Origin: Minisyncoccota bacterium | GTDB taxonomy: Bacteria > Patescibacteriota > Microgenomatia > UBA1400 > UBA12028 | Assembly (NCBI GenBank): GCA_016211945.1 | Contig: JACRHV010000004.1 | Span: forward strand, 66,649 to 130,648 | Direction of reading: 5' to 3' | DNA: 64,000 nucleotides | Shown here: positions 28,003 to 37,910 of the stretch, piece by piece | Layout of the letters: the number at the start of each line of letters is the position of its first letter | Numbering within the stretch: the stretch's first letter is position 1 | Notes under the pieces: generated by a model | Database searches by the model: none | What the model saw: only the letters and a program-made list of their open reading frames with translations | Told to the model about the DNA's origin: nothing | Translations under genes and position numbers: made by a program

Positions 28003-29164
28003 ACTTATTAAATCCACTTTCTTTCATGAGCTACAAACAAAAAAGGCATTATGTGCTTTTATTTTGAAATCAGAACAACTTAGCATTGGAAAAAAATGTG
28101 ATGAATTCGAAAAAAGATTTGCAATCTGGCAAAAAAGAAAATTTTGTGTCCTATTCAATACGGGTAGTTCGGCAAATTTAGCTCTCATTCAGGCACTATT
28201 GAATCTTGGAGTAATTGGAAAGGGTTCAAAAATTGGATTTTCTGGTATTACCTGGGCTACAAATGTGATGCCACTAATGCAGTTGGGACTAGAACCAATT
28301 CCAATTGATGTTGAAGTTGAATCTCTGAACGTTTCACCAAAAACGTTAGAAGACTCGTATAATAAAAATCCTTTCCAATGCCTCTTTCTTACTAATTTAC
28401 TTGGACTATCAGATGATATTCTGGGTATAAAAAATTTCTGCCAAGAGAAAAACATTCTACTTCTTGAAGATAACTGCGAATCACTTGGGAGCATTTCCAA
28501 TAATATAATGCTTGGTAATTTTGGATTAGCATCCACATTTTCATTTTTTGTTGGTCATCATATGTCAGCCATAGAAGGTGGTGCAGTGTGTACAAACGAT
28601 AAAGATTTGAATCGAGAGCTTCGCATGGTGAGATCTCACGGATGGGACAGACATCTATCAAAAAAAGAACAAAAGTTTCTGAGATTAAAACATAACATTT
28701 CAGATTTTGAAGCTAAATATACTTTTTTTGATCTTGCGTATAACTTACGACCCACTGAAATTACTGGTTTCTTAGGTCTTCATCAGCTTGCATTTCTACA
28801 CAAAACAATAAAGTCTCGTGAATCAAATTTCAATGCATTCCTTACTTTGCTAAAAAATTCTGCAAAATTTTACCCCTTAAATATTAAAATGAATTGCACT
28901 TCAAATTTTGCTATGCCAATCATTTGTAAGGCGGAAGTTACTAAGAAAAAATGCATTCAATTATGTAAAAAAAAGGGTATTGAAATTCGTCCTATTGTTG
29001 GTGGTGTTATGTCTGATCAACCTTTTTTCAAAAAATATATTACGAAAACCTTTTATCTCCCCAACTCTAGACTTATTCATAAAAACGGGTTTTATTTTGC
29101 CAATAACCCTGAATTATCTCAAAAAGAGATTAAATATATTATTTCTACATTATCTTCGATATAA
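27995..29164 (+). CDS. colD: GDP-4-keto-6-deoxy-D-mannose 3-dehydratase (ColD-type PLP enzyme)
   Basis: DegT fold with FSFFVGHHMSAIEGG (His where aminotransferases have Lys), GSSANL, EDNCESLG, RSHGW.R, YNLRP.E; lacks the Cys-rich Fe-S segment of E1/DdhC. Confidence 0.82.
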   Translation: MIKLIKSTFFHELQTKKALCAFILKSEQLSIGKKCDEFEKRFAIWQKRKFCVLFNTGSSANLALIQALLNLGVIGKGSKIGFSGITWATNVMPLMQLGLEPIPIDVEVESLNVSPKTLEDSYNKNPFQCLFLTNLLGLSDDILGIKNFCQEKNILLLEDNCESLGSISNNIMLGNFGLASTFSFFVGHHMSAIEGGAVCTNDKDLNRELRMVRSHGWDRHLSKKEQKFLRLKHNISDFEAKYTFFDLAYNLRPTEITGFLGLHQLAFLHKTIKSRESNFNAFLTLLKNSAKFYPLNIKMNCTSNFAMPIICKAEVTKKKCIQLCKKKGIEIRPIVGGVMSDQPFFKKYITKTFYLPNSRLIHKNGFYFANNPELSQKEIKYIISTLSSI

Positions 29165-29169
29165 ATCTT

Positions 29170-30381
29170 ATGCGTATTGCAATCGTTATTTGGCAAATCG
29201 TAACCAATGGAGGATCTGTTCGGCAAGCTTTAGAACTTGCAAATTCTCTTCAGAGACTTGGTCATGACGTCGAACTAGTAACGTATGCATTTAGTAAATT
29301 ACATTGTTATCCAGAGTTAACAAAATCTTTAAAGATCTATTGTGCCGATTCTATTTCAATGTCTCAGTTCTTTTATAATCCGTCCGCATCCATTTTTGTT
29401 CGAATCTTTGGGTTTTTTTACAATATGTTCGTTGCTCATATTCATACAAGTGCAATTAAAGAAAAGCTTTTAGAAAGAAATTCATTTAAACAATTTGATG
29501 TTGTCAACTATCATGACAACGGAGTTATTCAACTCGCCAAATATTTTCCAAGATCAAAAAACATCTGGATGATGAATGATCCTTCATCATTTATTGATAC
29601 GAAAGAAAAGGATGCATCAGTGTATGCAAAAACATCATTGATTTCAATCTTAGCTTATCTTGAATCAAGATATATAAATAAACTTCTTCGGTCTATTGAT
29701 AGAATCATTGTGTTGGATGAAAGAAACAAGTCTATTGTCTGTAAATACTACAGTCGTGAAGCGCACATCGTACGTAGTGGTGTAGCTCTATGCACAACAA
29801 ACAAGTTTTCTTTCAGAAACAAAAAAAATCAAGTTTTACGTATAATGTCAACAAATATTTTTTTTCGACATAGGAGATATGAAGACCTCATTGAGGCGAT
29901 TAAAATTATTGTGTTAAGAAAAAATCATCCTCAATTTCACGTGTATATTATTGGTGATCCAATTTCAGATCTTGGATATTACCATGAAATACGTTTCAGT
30001 GTTTCAAAATATCGACTTGAAAAATATATTACATTTCTTGGAAAAGTTTCTGAATCTGAACTTAATGAACAATATGAACGCGCAGATATTTTTGTGTTCC
30101 CTAATCATAATCAAACTTGGGGATTGTCTGTTTTCGAAGCAATGCTTCATGGTTGTGCATGTATAGTAAGTAAAACTGCTGGAGCACATGAAGTGCTTAA
30201 AGATGGACAAAATGTTTTACTTATTCAACCAAAAAAACCACTCGATCTTGCTGAAAAATTGTTATTACTTCTACGATCGACAACTCTTCGTAAATCTCTA
30301 GCAAAAGAAGGATTTCAGTTTGTACAAAAAAATATATCTTGGGACAAATATGCCAAAGACATGACTGTTATTTTTTCATAA
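29170..30381 (+). CDS. GT4 glycosyltransferase
   Basis: NGGSVRQ, ADIFVFP..QTWGLSVFEAM. Confidence 0.87.
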   Translation: MRIAIVIWQIVTNGGSVRQALELANSLQRLGHDVELVTYAFSKLHCYPELTKSLKIYCADSISMSQFFYNPSASIFVRIFGFFYNMFVAHIHTSAIKEKLLERNSFKQFDVVNYHDNGVIQLAKYFPRSKNIWMMNDPSSFIDTKEKDASVYAKTSLISILAYLESRYINKLLRSIDRIIVLDERNKSIVCKYYSREAHIVRSGVALCTTNKFSFRNKKNQVLRIMSTNIFFRHRRYEDLIEAIKIIVLRKNHPQFHVYIIGDPISDLGYYHEIRFSVSKYRLEKYITFLGKVSESELNEQYERADIFVFPNHNQTWGLSVFEAMLHGCACIVSKTAGAHEVLKDGQNVLLIQPKKPLDLAEKLLLLLRSTTLRKSLAKEGFQFVQKNISWDKYAKDMTVIFS

Positions 30382-31183
30382 AAACAGCAATTTTCTGTGA
30401 GATATTTTTTCCAATTGAAATCATAATCAAACCAGCGATATAGCGAAAAATGAGATGAATAAAAAGAAACACGTTATTTCCACAATATTTCAAAGCAACA
30501 AAAAATGCTTGATTGTGATGATGTAACGTAAATTTTGCACTTTTTGCCCCAGAGTAATACCGTAGATTAGAAAGTGTATGTGGAATGATCCCCGGTTCAG
30601 TGTACTCGAGAAAACGAAGCCAAAGGTCATAGTCCATAGCAAGATGAAGATCTTTCCGAAGATACCCAACCTTTTTTAGGAGGGCTCGCTTATAAAAACA
30701 TGATGGTTGTCCAATATTGAACGCGTATGAACGAAATAAGAAGGATGAGAAGCGCAAATGCTGGAATGATTTATATAAGTTTTCACCTTCATTTACTACA
30801 TTCCATCCGCCAAATGCCCATAAAACATCTGTGTGGGATCGAAAATATTGCAACACTCGCTTGAGTGCGTATGGCTCAAGAAAATCGTCCGAATTGACAT
30901 ATCCCACAATCTCTGCATTTGCGAGTAGAAAACCTTTATTTAAGGCATCTGACTGTCCATCGTCTTTTTCACAAATGTATACAAAATCAATTCCACTTTT
31001 CTTAAAAAGTGGTTTGTATTTATGAACAAGTGAAGACGTTTCATCTGTCGAAATAGCATCAACTAGAATGTACTGTAAATCTCCAGGTGATAGATGTTGG
31101 TTAAGAATACTTTGAAAAGTCTTCTCTATATACTTCCCTTGGTTAAAACTAGGCGTTATTATCGATATTCTCGTCTTCTTCAT
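30368..31183 (-). CDS. GT2 glycosyltransferase (WcaE/WfgS-like)
   Basis: SIITPSFNQ, DDGQSDALNKG, YVNSDD, QPS.F, MDYDLWLR. Confidence 0.9.
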   Translation of the reverse strand: MKKTRISIITPSFNQGKYIEKTFQSILNQHLSPGDLQYILVDAISTDETSSLVHKYKPLFKKSGIDFVYICEKDDGQSDALNKGFLLANAEIVGYVNSDDFLEPYALKRVLQYFRSHTDVLWAFGGWNVVNEGENLYKSFQHLRFSSFLFRSYAFNIGQPSCFYKRALLKKVGYLRKDLHLAMDYDLWLRFLEYTEPGIIPHTLSNLRYYSGAKSAKFTLHHHNQAFFVALKYCGNNVFLFIHLIFRYIAGLIMISIGKNISQKIAVFMKK

Positions 31184-31195
31184 ACCCTTTATTCT

Positions 31196-32965
31196 CTACT
31201 TATATACACAAAGAAACTTTTGATTATCAAGACTTTCGCACAGTAGCGCATCTGCATTGTTGTAGTCTGAACTTATTATCTTGTACTCTGCTTTTTCATA
31301 CGAAGCAACAATTCGCGTTTTGTTCTCAAATCTATCAAGTTCAATCCAAAAAGGATAGATAAATCCACTCTCAATATTAATATAAACCGACTGAGCATGC
31401 TGTTTTTCTAAATACATAGCAATATTTCTGTATGATGTTTTCCATTCTGGATATACTGTGTAATATTGGTCTGCTCTTAATACAGACCAAAAAGGTAAAG
31501 GGACTCGTATGTGATTTTTAGAAAAATAATGTAGTTGATCTTCTACAAAAGAATATGAGATATATGGCTTTAAACTATTGGTAAAAATAAGAATAAAAGC
31601 TAATAGCACAGAGAAAAATGAAATAATTTTAAGCATCCTTTTGTATCGAGATAAAACCAAAATGGCACTTATTGTCATCACTACTAGAATCGGTAGTAAT
31701 AATCTAGAATGCCATGGTTGCCAACGAAAAAGTGCTGAAAATAAAATAAACGAAGAAACACTACATAAATATACTTTTGTTTCTAACTTTTGACGCTCTC
31801 TTCTAAGTAGAGAGGCGCATATTAAAAACCCCGCTACTATGCTGAGTAATATTTGAAAAGGGTTACCAACAAGATCTTCATGTGGAAACAGAATACTTTT
31901 CACCATAAACTCTGTATTTGGCCAAGTAGTTCCAGGGTCATTCATATTTATACCCAATATGGTATGTAAGCCTGCAACAAATGATGTCATTTGTGATGAG
32001 AAAAATGGGATTGGTATTTGAAAAAATAGATTACGAATAACATTTGATAAGACAACATTTATTTCAATTCTACTATTTAAAAATGGCACTTCTATAAATT
32101 CCTCAGATATAGGAAAAAGGGAATGGAAAAGATAAAAACGCTGGAAAAGAAGTGGAGAAACAATAAAGATGCTAATTAAAAGGCAGCCTATTATCTGAAA
32201 AAAATATTCCTTCTTAAGGAAGAAAGTGCTCTTCCATAGTATAAATGGGAGTAAAAATACACCAAGAGAATCTTTACACAGTACGCTCAATGAGCCTGCA
32301 ATTGTAGCGTAACAAAGATATTTCCACTTTAATATTGAGTCTAATTTTAAAAGAAAATATACACTTGTTAAGAAAAGAAAGGTTGAAAGTAAATCTGTTT
32401 GCACTGAATTTGCCTGCAATACAGCCATTGGCATAAGACCAACTATGTAAAGTAATTCTCTTCGTATTGAATCTTTTTGCTCAAATAAGAAGGACCACAT
32501 ATACAGAACTATCAAAAATAAGACATACGAGGAAAATTGCGAAATAAATACAAGTCTATCTGATGTAGTTGTGCCAATAATTACTGCAAAAAGTATCTCT
32601 GGTAATTGTCCCATATAGTCGTGAGAAGTATAGATAGATTGTTGAAACACACTTTTCTCTTGTAACCAATATCTTGCTCTTGGAAGGTGGTATGTCATTC
32701 CATCTGTTGTATTTGCTGAACTCCAAAAACCCTGAATGAAAAGAAGTATCAGTGTTATTGAAAAGAGGATAGAAATGAAAGATTTCATGTGGAGAGAAAA
32801 AATATTCCAAATCTTTTTCCAAAAAAAAGATGCTAAAAAAAATTGAAGTAAAATCAAAGGAAATCTTGAAAAAAGGTGAAAAAGTGATAAGAATATCGAT
32901 CCAATATACGTGAGCAATATCCATTGCAATACAATGATAACGAATTTTTCAAGTTTACTTTGCAT
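31196..32965 (-). CDS. Multi-TM membrane protein, probable GT-C
   Basis: DGMTYHLPR..W.Q loop motif, SVQTDL, HEDLVGNP, RWQPWHSRL; about 13 TM. Confidence 0.72.
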   Translation of the reverse strand: MQSKLEKFVIIVLQWILLTYIGSIFLSLFHLFSRFPLILLQFFLASFFWKKIWNIFSLHMKSFISILFSITLILLFIQGFWSSANTTDGMTYHLPRARYWLQEKSVFQQSIYTSHDYMGQLPEILFAVIIGTTTSDRLVFISQFSSYVLFLIVLYMWSFLFEQKDSIRRELLYIVGLMPMAVLQANSVQTDLLSTFLFLTSVYFLLKLDSILKWKYLCYATIAGSLSVLCKDSLGVFLLPFILWKSTFFLKKEYFFQIIGCLLISIFIVSPLLFQRFYLFHSLFPISEEFIEVPFLNSRIEINVVLSNVIRNLFFQIPIPFFSSQMTSFVAGLHTILGINMNDPGTTWPNTEFMVKSILFPHEDLVGNPFQILLSIVAGFLICASLLRRERQKLETKVYLCSVSSFILFSALFRWQPWHSRLLLPILVVMTISAILVLSRYKRMLKIISFFSVLLAFILIFTNSLKPYISYSFVEDQLHYFSKNHIRVPLPFWSVLRADQYYTVYPEWKTSYRNIAMYLEKQHAQSVYINIESGFIYPFWIELDRFENKTRIVASYEKAEYKIISSDYNNADALLCESLDNQKFLCVYK

Positions 32966-34026
32966 TATATTTTCCCATATATTTGTATTAGCTTTTTTCC
33001 CGATGTTACTACTCTTGATTGGATCTTCATTTTATTTGTCTGTACGAGTTTTGTTAATGTCTTACAATCAATTGCAATTAATCCTGTTAATTCAGCTAAT
33101 TTCATACTTATACTATCGTTGTACAACGATCTTTTACCAACTGCAGTCGGTAACCCTGATGCAATCGATTCATACACAGGATATCCATATCCTTCATACA
33201 CGCTTGGAAAAACCGCAGCAGAAGCCTCAAAATATAAAGAAAATAACTCTTCATCTGAAATATTTTTTCTCCAAAAAATGCCAGAGGAAGATTGAACCAA
33301 GTTTTTTACTTTTTCTTCATCTTTTCCATTCTTTCCTATTAATATAAGCGAATATTTCTTTTTCATATCCCATTTGTTGTACAGCTCAATGAGATATGGT
33401 ATCCGTTTATGTGGGTACATAGCACTTACGCATATTATGTAATCCTTTTGACGTATTCCATTCTTGCTATTTTTCATTAACAAGCGAATAAATAATGGTG
33501 AGATCCAAGGTTCAATAATTACAATTTTATTTTTGAATTGAGGAAAATAATGACAAATCCTTTGATAACTAAATGAAGAATCTGTCAAAATAAGATGTGC
33601 TGTATTTATCGAAAAAAATGAAAGAATGCATTGTACAATCCAGGTTGTTTTTGTAAAGTCTTGAGGAAAGTCTAACCAATTTGTATCATGAACCGTAATT
33701 ATTCTTTTTGCTAAAGTGAAAATGGGTCCTATATATCCAAATGAGTGAATAATATTGCACCTATTCCAAACTATGATCAATGGAAAAATAAATTGTTCAT
33801 AAAATATTCTTAAAATTCTATGTGTGGCTAAGATCGGACATAACACTTTTTTAACGTTCTTACTAGTGACCACGAATGAAAAATAATTCTCTTTATTACA
33901 AAAAAGAATATATTGATTTTTCTGATCTATTCTTTCTAATTCTTGAATAAAAAGTCGAGCATAACGCTCTGTGCCACCGACTTGACCAGGCACAAGATAA
34001 AGAAGGTTAATTCCGATACGTTTCAT
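32965..34026 (-). CDS. GT4 glycosyltransferase (MtfB-like)
   Basis: GGTERY, TVHD, YPHKR, FPSVYEGYGYPVYE. Start MKRIGIN at 34026 (ATGA overlap). Confidence 0.88.
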   Translation of the reverse strand: MKRIGINLLYLVPGQVGGTERYARLFIQELERIDQKNQYILFCNKENYFSFVVTSKNVKKVLCPILATHRILRIFYEQFIFPLIIVWNRCNIIHSFGYIGPIFTLAKRIITVHDTNWLDFPQDFTKTTWIVQCILSFFSINTAHLILTDSSFSYQRICHYFPQFKNKIVIIEPWISPLFIRLLMKNSKNGIRQKDYIICVSAMYPHKRIPYLIELYNKWDMKKKYSLILIGKNGKDEEKVKNLVQSSSGIFWRKNISDEELFSLYFEASAAVFPSVYEGYGYPVYESIASGLPTAVGKRSLYNDSISMKLAELTGLIAIDCKTLTKLVQTNKMKIQSRVVTSGKKLIQIYGKI

Positions 34027-34967
34027 TGTGCATTCTTGATACCCATATACCACTCTATTGTCTTTTTTAACCCCACATTAAAATCTACTGTAGATTTAAA
34101 ACCAAATTCTCGTTCTGCTAATCGACTATCAATTTTCCTCTTTGGTTGCCCATCTGGTTTTGTATGATCGAATATAATTTCACCTTGAAAATCAACAAGT
34201 TTTGCTATAAGTCGGGCAAGTTCTCCAATACTAATCTCAAGATTTGAACCTAAGTTAACTGGATTTGCTTTATTATATTTTTTTGTAGCTAGAACTATTC
34301 CTTTTGCTGCATCCTCAACATATAAGAATTCACGAGTTGGCGTACCAGTCCCCCATATATCCACCTCAGAAACATTTGTAGATTTTGCGTCACAGAATTT
34401 TTTTATCAAAGCTGGAATTACATGTGAAACTTTGGGATCAAACTTGTCTCCAGGACCATAGAGATTTGTTGGTAATAGAAAAATAGCATTAAATCCATAC
34501 TGCTTTCGATATGCAGCAGATTGAACAAGTAACATTTTTTTCGCCAAACCATATGGTGCATTTGTTTCTTCTGGATATCCATTCCAAATATCTTTTTCTT
34601 TAAATGGTACTGGAGTAAATTTTGGATATGCACAGATTGTACCCAGAGCAACAAATTTCTGCACTCCCGCTTTCCAAGCTTCATGCATAGCATGTACACC
34701 CATCAAAATATTATCGTAAAAGAGCTCCGCAGGATGTTCTTGGTTATATCCAATTCCTCCAACATTTGCCGCAAGATGAATAACAACATCTGTATTTTTA
34801 AAAAGGCGAGCACAAACATCAGGCCTACGCAAATCATAGTCTTTTGATGATGGAATAATAATCTCTTTAACTTCTTCTTTCTTTAACTCTGCAACTAGGT
34901 GCTTTCCTAAAAACCCGTTTCCACCAGTGACTACAATAATCTTATTTTTCAACAAAAGCTCCTTCAT
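34023..34967 (-). CDS. fcl: GDP-L-fucose synthase / ColC-type epimerase-reductase
   Basis: GGNGFLG, HLAANVGGIG.N, GTICAYP, YGLAKK, PTNLYGP.D.F, SHVIPALI, WGTGTPTREFLYV, KPDGQP. Confidence 0.93.
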   Translation of the reverse strand: MKELLLKNKIIVVTGGNGFLGKHLVAELKKEEVKEIIIPSSKDYDLRRPDVCARLFKNTDVVIHLAANVGGIGYNQEHPAELFYDNILMGVHAMHEAWKAGVQKFVALGTICAYPKFTPVPFKEKDIWNGYPEETNAPYGLAKKMLLVQSAAYRKQYGFNAIFLLPTNLYGPGDKFDPKVSHVIPALIKKFCDAKSTNVSEVDIWGTGTPTREFLYVEDAAKGIVLATKKYNKANPVNLGSNLEISIGELARLIAKLVDFQGEIIFDHTKPDGQPKRKIDSRLAEREFGFKSTVDFNVGLKKTIEWYMGIKNAQ

Positions 34968-35008
34968 AATATGAATTGTATCAAGAATATACGTGGAAGA
35001 ACAGGTTC

Positions 35009-35788
35009 TTATTTTATTATTAAGTACGCACGAACAATAAACTTGGCGTGAAGTTTATGCAATTCTAATAAGATAGGATTTGTTGTGTATCTCTTCAACA
35101 CCATAACCTCTTCTTCAAATTGATTCACAAACTGAGATCTGCCCTTTGATTGTTGATGAATACGAAAAACGGATAAAGCTTCAGGCATGACATATAAAGG
35201 ATATTTTTGTATCAATCTCAACCAAAAATCATAATCCATGCAATAGTGCAGCGACACATCGAATATTCCAATCTCTCTCATCGCACCACGTCGCCAAAAC
35301 GTACTTGGTTGTGCAATGCTATTTGCAATACCTAGAGTAAAGAACGTTGGTACTTTCCGTAACATCTTCTTATACCAACGAACATATTCATGTATTCTTT
35401 TCCCTCGTCCATTTACGATAAAATAATCTCCCGTCACCCACATAGCTTTAGGATTATCTGCAAAAAAAGCCGCAACTTTTTGCAATGTGCCAGGGAGGTA
35501 ATAATCATCTGAGTTCAAATACCCGATAATGTCGCCGTGCGATCGTTCAATTCCTTTATTAATGGCATCGGCTTGTCCCTTGTCCCTCGTACTTTCCCAC
35601 AATACTCTTTTTCCGTATGATCTTAAAATGTTTACAGAACCATCGGTTGATCCGCCGTCCATAACAATATATTCAACTCGTGGGTAATCTTGTTGTACGA
35701 CACTCTCAATTGTTTGTGGGAGAAACGATGCTTGGTTGTAACTTGGTGTGATGATACTAATGGTTGGAGATTTTACGTTTGTTGGCAT
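35009..35788 (-). CDS. GT2 glycosyltransferase (WcaE/WfgS-like)
   Basis: SIITPSYNQ, DGGSTDG, DKGQADAINKG, YLNSDD, QPSTFWR, MDYDFWLR. Confidence 0.92.
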   Translation of the reverse strand: MPTNVKSPTISIITPSYNQASFLPQTIESVVQQDYPRVEYIVMDGGSTDGSVNILRSYGKRVLWESTRDKGQADAINKGIERSHGDIIGYLNSDDYYLPGTLQKVAAFFADNPKAMWVTGDYFIVNGRGKRIHEYVRWYKKMLRKVPTFFTLGIANSIAQPSTFWRRGAMREIGIFDVSLHYCMDYDFWLRLIQKYPLYVMPEALSVFRIHQQSKGRSQFVNQFEEEVMVLKRYTTNPILLELHKLHAKFIVRAYLIIK

Positions 35789-36101
35789 ACATCGCTCTTT
35801 CCCTAATCATGTGTTCTAATTTTTTCTCCAGTCGCTTGAAGTACATGCGATTCTGAAAAGTGAAAAAAACAACGATCATCAGTGCAACAATAACGAGTAG
35901 ATCAAATACTCGGGAGATATGCAGTGTCTCTGTTATACCTTGAAATGTCTGTGGAAACAGTGCGGTTAATCCGAATGCTGTCCACAGGCTTATCCAACAC
36001 CAAAACTCAAGGGCATCAAGATGTTGTTTTTTATGATGAATACGAACGACATACATCATAAAGAAGGCAAAAATAACAGAAATTACCTGCAATGGAATCA
36101 T
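35757..36101 (-). CDS. DUF2304-family small membrane protein (GacJ-like)
   Basis: 114 aa, 3 TM, W..LW....LFP...I.R..D, C-terminal LEKKLE..IRE.A; directly downstream of a DPM-like GT2. Confidence 0.85.
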   Translation of the reverse strand: MIPLQVISVIFAFFMMYVVRIHHKKQHLDALEFWCWISLWTAFGLTALFPQTFQGITETLHISRVFDLLVIVALMIVVFFTFQNRMYFKRLEKKLEHMIRERAMYANKRKISNH

Positions 36102-36757
36102 AGCCCCACCCTCCATTGAAAGAGACATCGCGCGATATGCGCCGCATCAATCGCGGTCATTCCCTTTTCTGCATCATGATAAATCGCATCAATCTCGATG
36201 ATCGAGAACGGCATCCTCAACTTCGCCACACGTACTGCAATCTCGGTCTCAACCTCATACCCCGCCGAGTTCCATTGGAGCTTGGCATACGCTTTTTTTG
36301 ACATTGCTTTGTATCCCGACGGAATGTCTGGAATATATCGTCCAAATAATACATTAAGCAATACTGAGGCAAGTCTGTTTCCAAGGAACTTCATCATTGG
36401 TGTTGTCGGGCTGAATTTTCTCACACCAAACACTACTTGATTTCCCTGCTTTAATGCATCAAAGAATTTAGGAAGTTCTGCTACGTCATGCTGATCGTCT
36501 GCATCCATAAAAACTACCGCGTCTGCCTTTATTGTATGAAAAACGTAGTCGCACGCTGTGCGCAACGCCGCCCCCTTGCCAAGGTTCGACTCGTGTACAA
36601 GAACGTGATCTGTATATCGTCGTGCAATCTGCGCAGATTTGTCTCGAGAACCATCGTCAACATAGACAATATTCGAGCTGTATTGTTTCACTTTCTTTAA
36701 TACAGCCCCCAAATACTTCTCTTCGTTGTATCCCGGAATGACAACATAAATGAACAT
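36098..36757 (-). CDS. DPM1-like GT2, polyprenol-phosphate sugar synthase (GacI-like)
   Basis: VVIPGYNEE, DDGSRD, NLGKGAAL, MDADDQH, GVR, D..SGYKA, YEVETE. Confidence 0.9.
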   Translation of the reverse strand: MFIYVVIPGYNEEKYLGAVLKKVKQYSSNIVYVDDGSRDKSAQIARRYTDHVLVHESNLGKGAALRTACDYVFHTIKADAVVFMDADDQHDVAELPKFFDALKQGNQVVFGVRKFSPTTPMMKFLGNRLASVLLNVLFGRYIPDIPSGYKAMSKKAYAKLQWNSAGYEVETEIAVRVAKLRMPFSIIEIDAIYHDAEKGMTAIDAAHIARCLFQWRVGL

Positions 36758-36769
36758 ATCAGCAGTGTA

Positions 36770-37906
36770 TCAAGTTTTTTTTGCATTTGCTATGGAATGC
36801 ATTTTCTCGGAAACCGCACGAATCTGTTCTTCAGTCAGCGCTAGTCCAGATGGAAGATAAAGCCCTCGTTCTGATAAGTCTGTAGAAATTGGGTACATTG
36901 ATTGATCGTATGAAAATCTTCTCACTAAAACAGGCTGGAGATGGAGTGGGTAAAAATATGTACGCGTTTCTACTCCAAGTGCCTGCAGCAAATTCATACA
37001 CTCTGCCCGTTTGATCGGGGCATTTGACTTGAGAAGAATGGTGTACATCCAGAACACGCTTTCTGCATAAGGCATCATTTGGGGAAGCTCAATCCATGGT
37101 ATGTCTGACAATAATTCACGATAGTGTTGTGCCATCCAGATTTTTTTCTCTATACTTTCCTTCACATGGAGAAGACCCGCGCATCCCAATGCAGCCTGCA
37201 TATTCGTCATGCGCATGTTAAAACCCAGTTCCTCATGGTAAAACCGTCTTCCGTGCTTATGTGACAGATTCATAAGAAGTGACGCTTTTTCGTATAAAAC
37301 ATCATCATGCATCAGTATCATTCCACCTTCACCCGTTGTAATAATCTTATTTCCATAAAAACTAAAACACCCAATATCGCCGATGCTACCAACCTTTTTC
37401 CCTTTGTACGTTGCACCATGCGCCTCAGCGGCATCCTCGATTACCCTAAGGTTGTGTTTTCGTGCGATTTTCATGATGGGATCCATATCAGCCGCTTGCC
37501 CGTACAGATGCACTACCATGATCGCCTTTGTTCTTGGTGTGATACATTTTTCGATCTTCAATGGATCAATATTTCCCGTTTTTAAATCAACATCGACAAG
37601 CACCGGCTTTGCACCAACGTAAAGTGCGGCAAACGCGCATGAAATAATGGTAAGGTCGGGTATGATAATCTCATCGCCGGCGCCAATTCCTAGTGTTGCC
37701 AGCGCGAGATGTAATGCTTCTGTCCCATTTGTCACAGAAACGGCGTGTTCTACATCCAAAAACCGAGCGAACTCTTCCTCAAAACGCTTGACATACTTTC
37801 CGGAAGATGAAATCCATCCTGTGTCCAGACAGTCCAACACATACGTCCTCGCCTCGGGATAAATGACTGGCTCGTTTACGCGGATTGTTGGTTGTATATT
37901 CGCCAT
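36770..37906 (-). CDS. per: GDP-perosamine synthase-like DegT aminotransferase
   Basis: VNEP, GWISSSG.YV..FE, EDAAEAHGA, FSFYGNKIITTGEGG, GFNMRMTNMQAA, GLYLPSG. Confidence 0.85.
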   Translation of the reverse strand: MANIQPTIRVNEPVIYPEARTYVLDCLDTGWISSSGKYVKRFEEEFARFLDVEHAVSVTNGTEALHLALATLGIGAGDEIIIPDLTIISCAFAALYVGAKPVLVDVDLKTGNIDPLKIEKCITPRTKAIMVVHLYGQAADMDPIMKIARKHNLRVIEDAAEAHGATYKGKKVGSIGDIGCFSFYGNKIITTGEGGMILMHDDVLYEKASLLMNLSHKHGRRFYHEELGFNMRMTNMQAALGCAGLLHVKESIEKKIWMAQHYRELLSDIPWIELPQMMPYAESVFWMYTILLKSNAPIKRAECMNLLQALGVETRTYFYPLHLQPVLVRRFSYDQSMYPISTDLSERGLYLPSGLALTEEQIRAVSEKMHSIANAKKT

Positions 37907-37910
37907 ACGC

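Larger units (their letters stand above)
18156..34990. other. AT-rich, probably horizontally acquired glycan cassette
   Basis: Visibly AT-richer than the flanks (spot counts: 16/60 GC at 26641-26700 vs 31/60 at 3301-3360); frequent strand switches; boundaries approximate. Confidence 0.6.

Noticed and set aside
32556-33347. Several 120-145-aa alternative-frame ORFs around the 32965 junction
   Set aside because: They overlap well-supported CDSs and show no motifs; expected by chance
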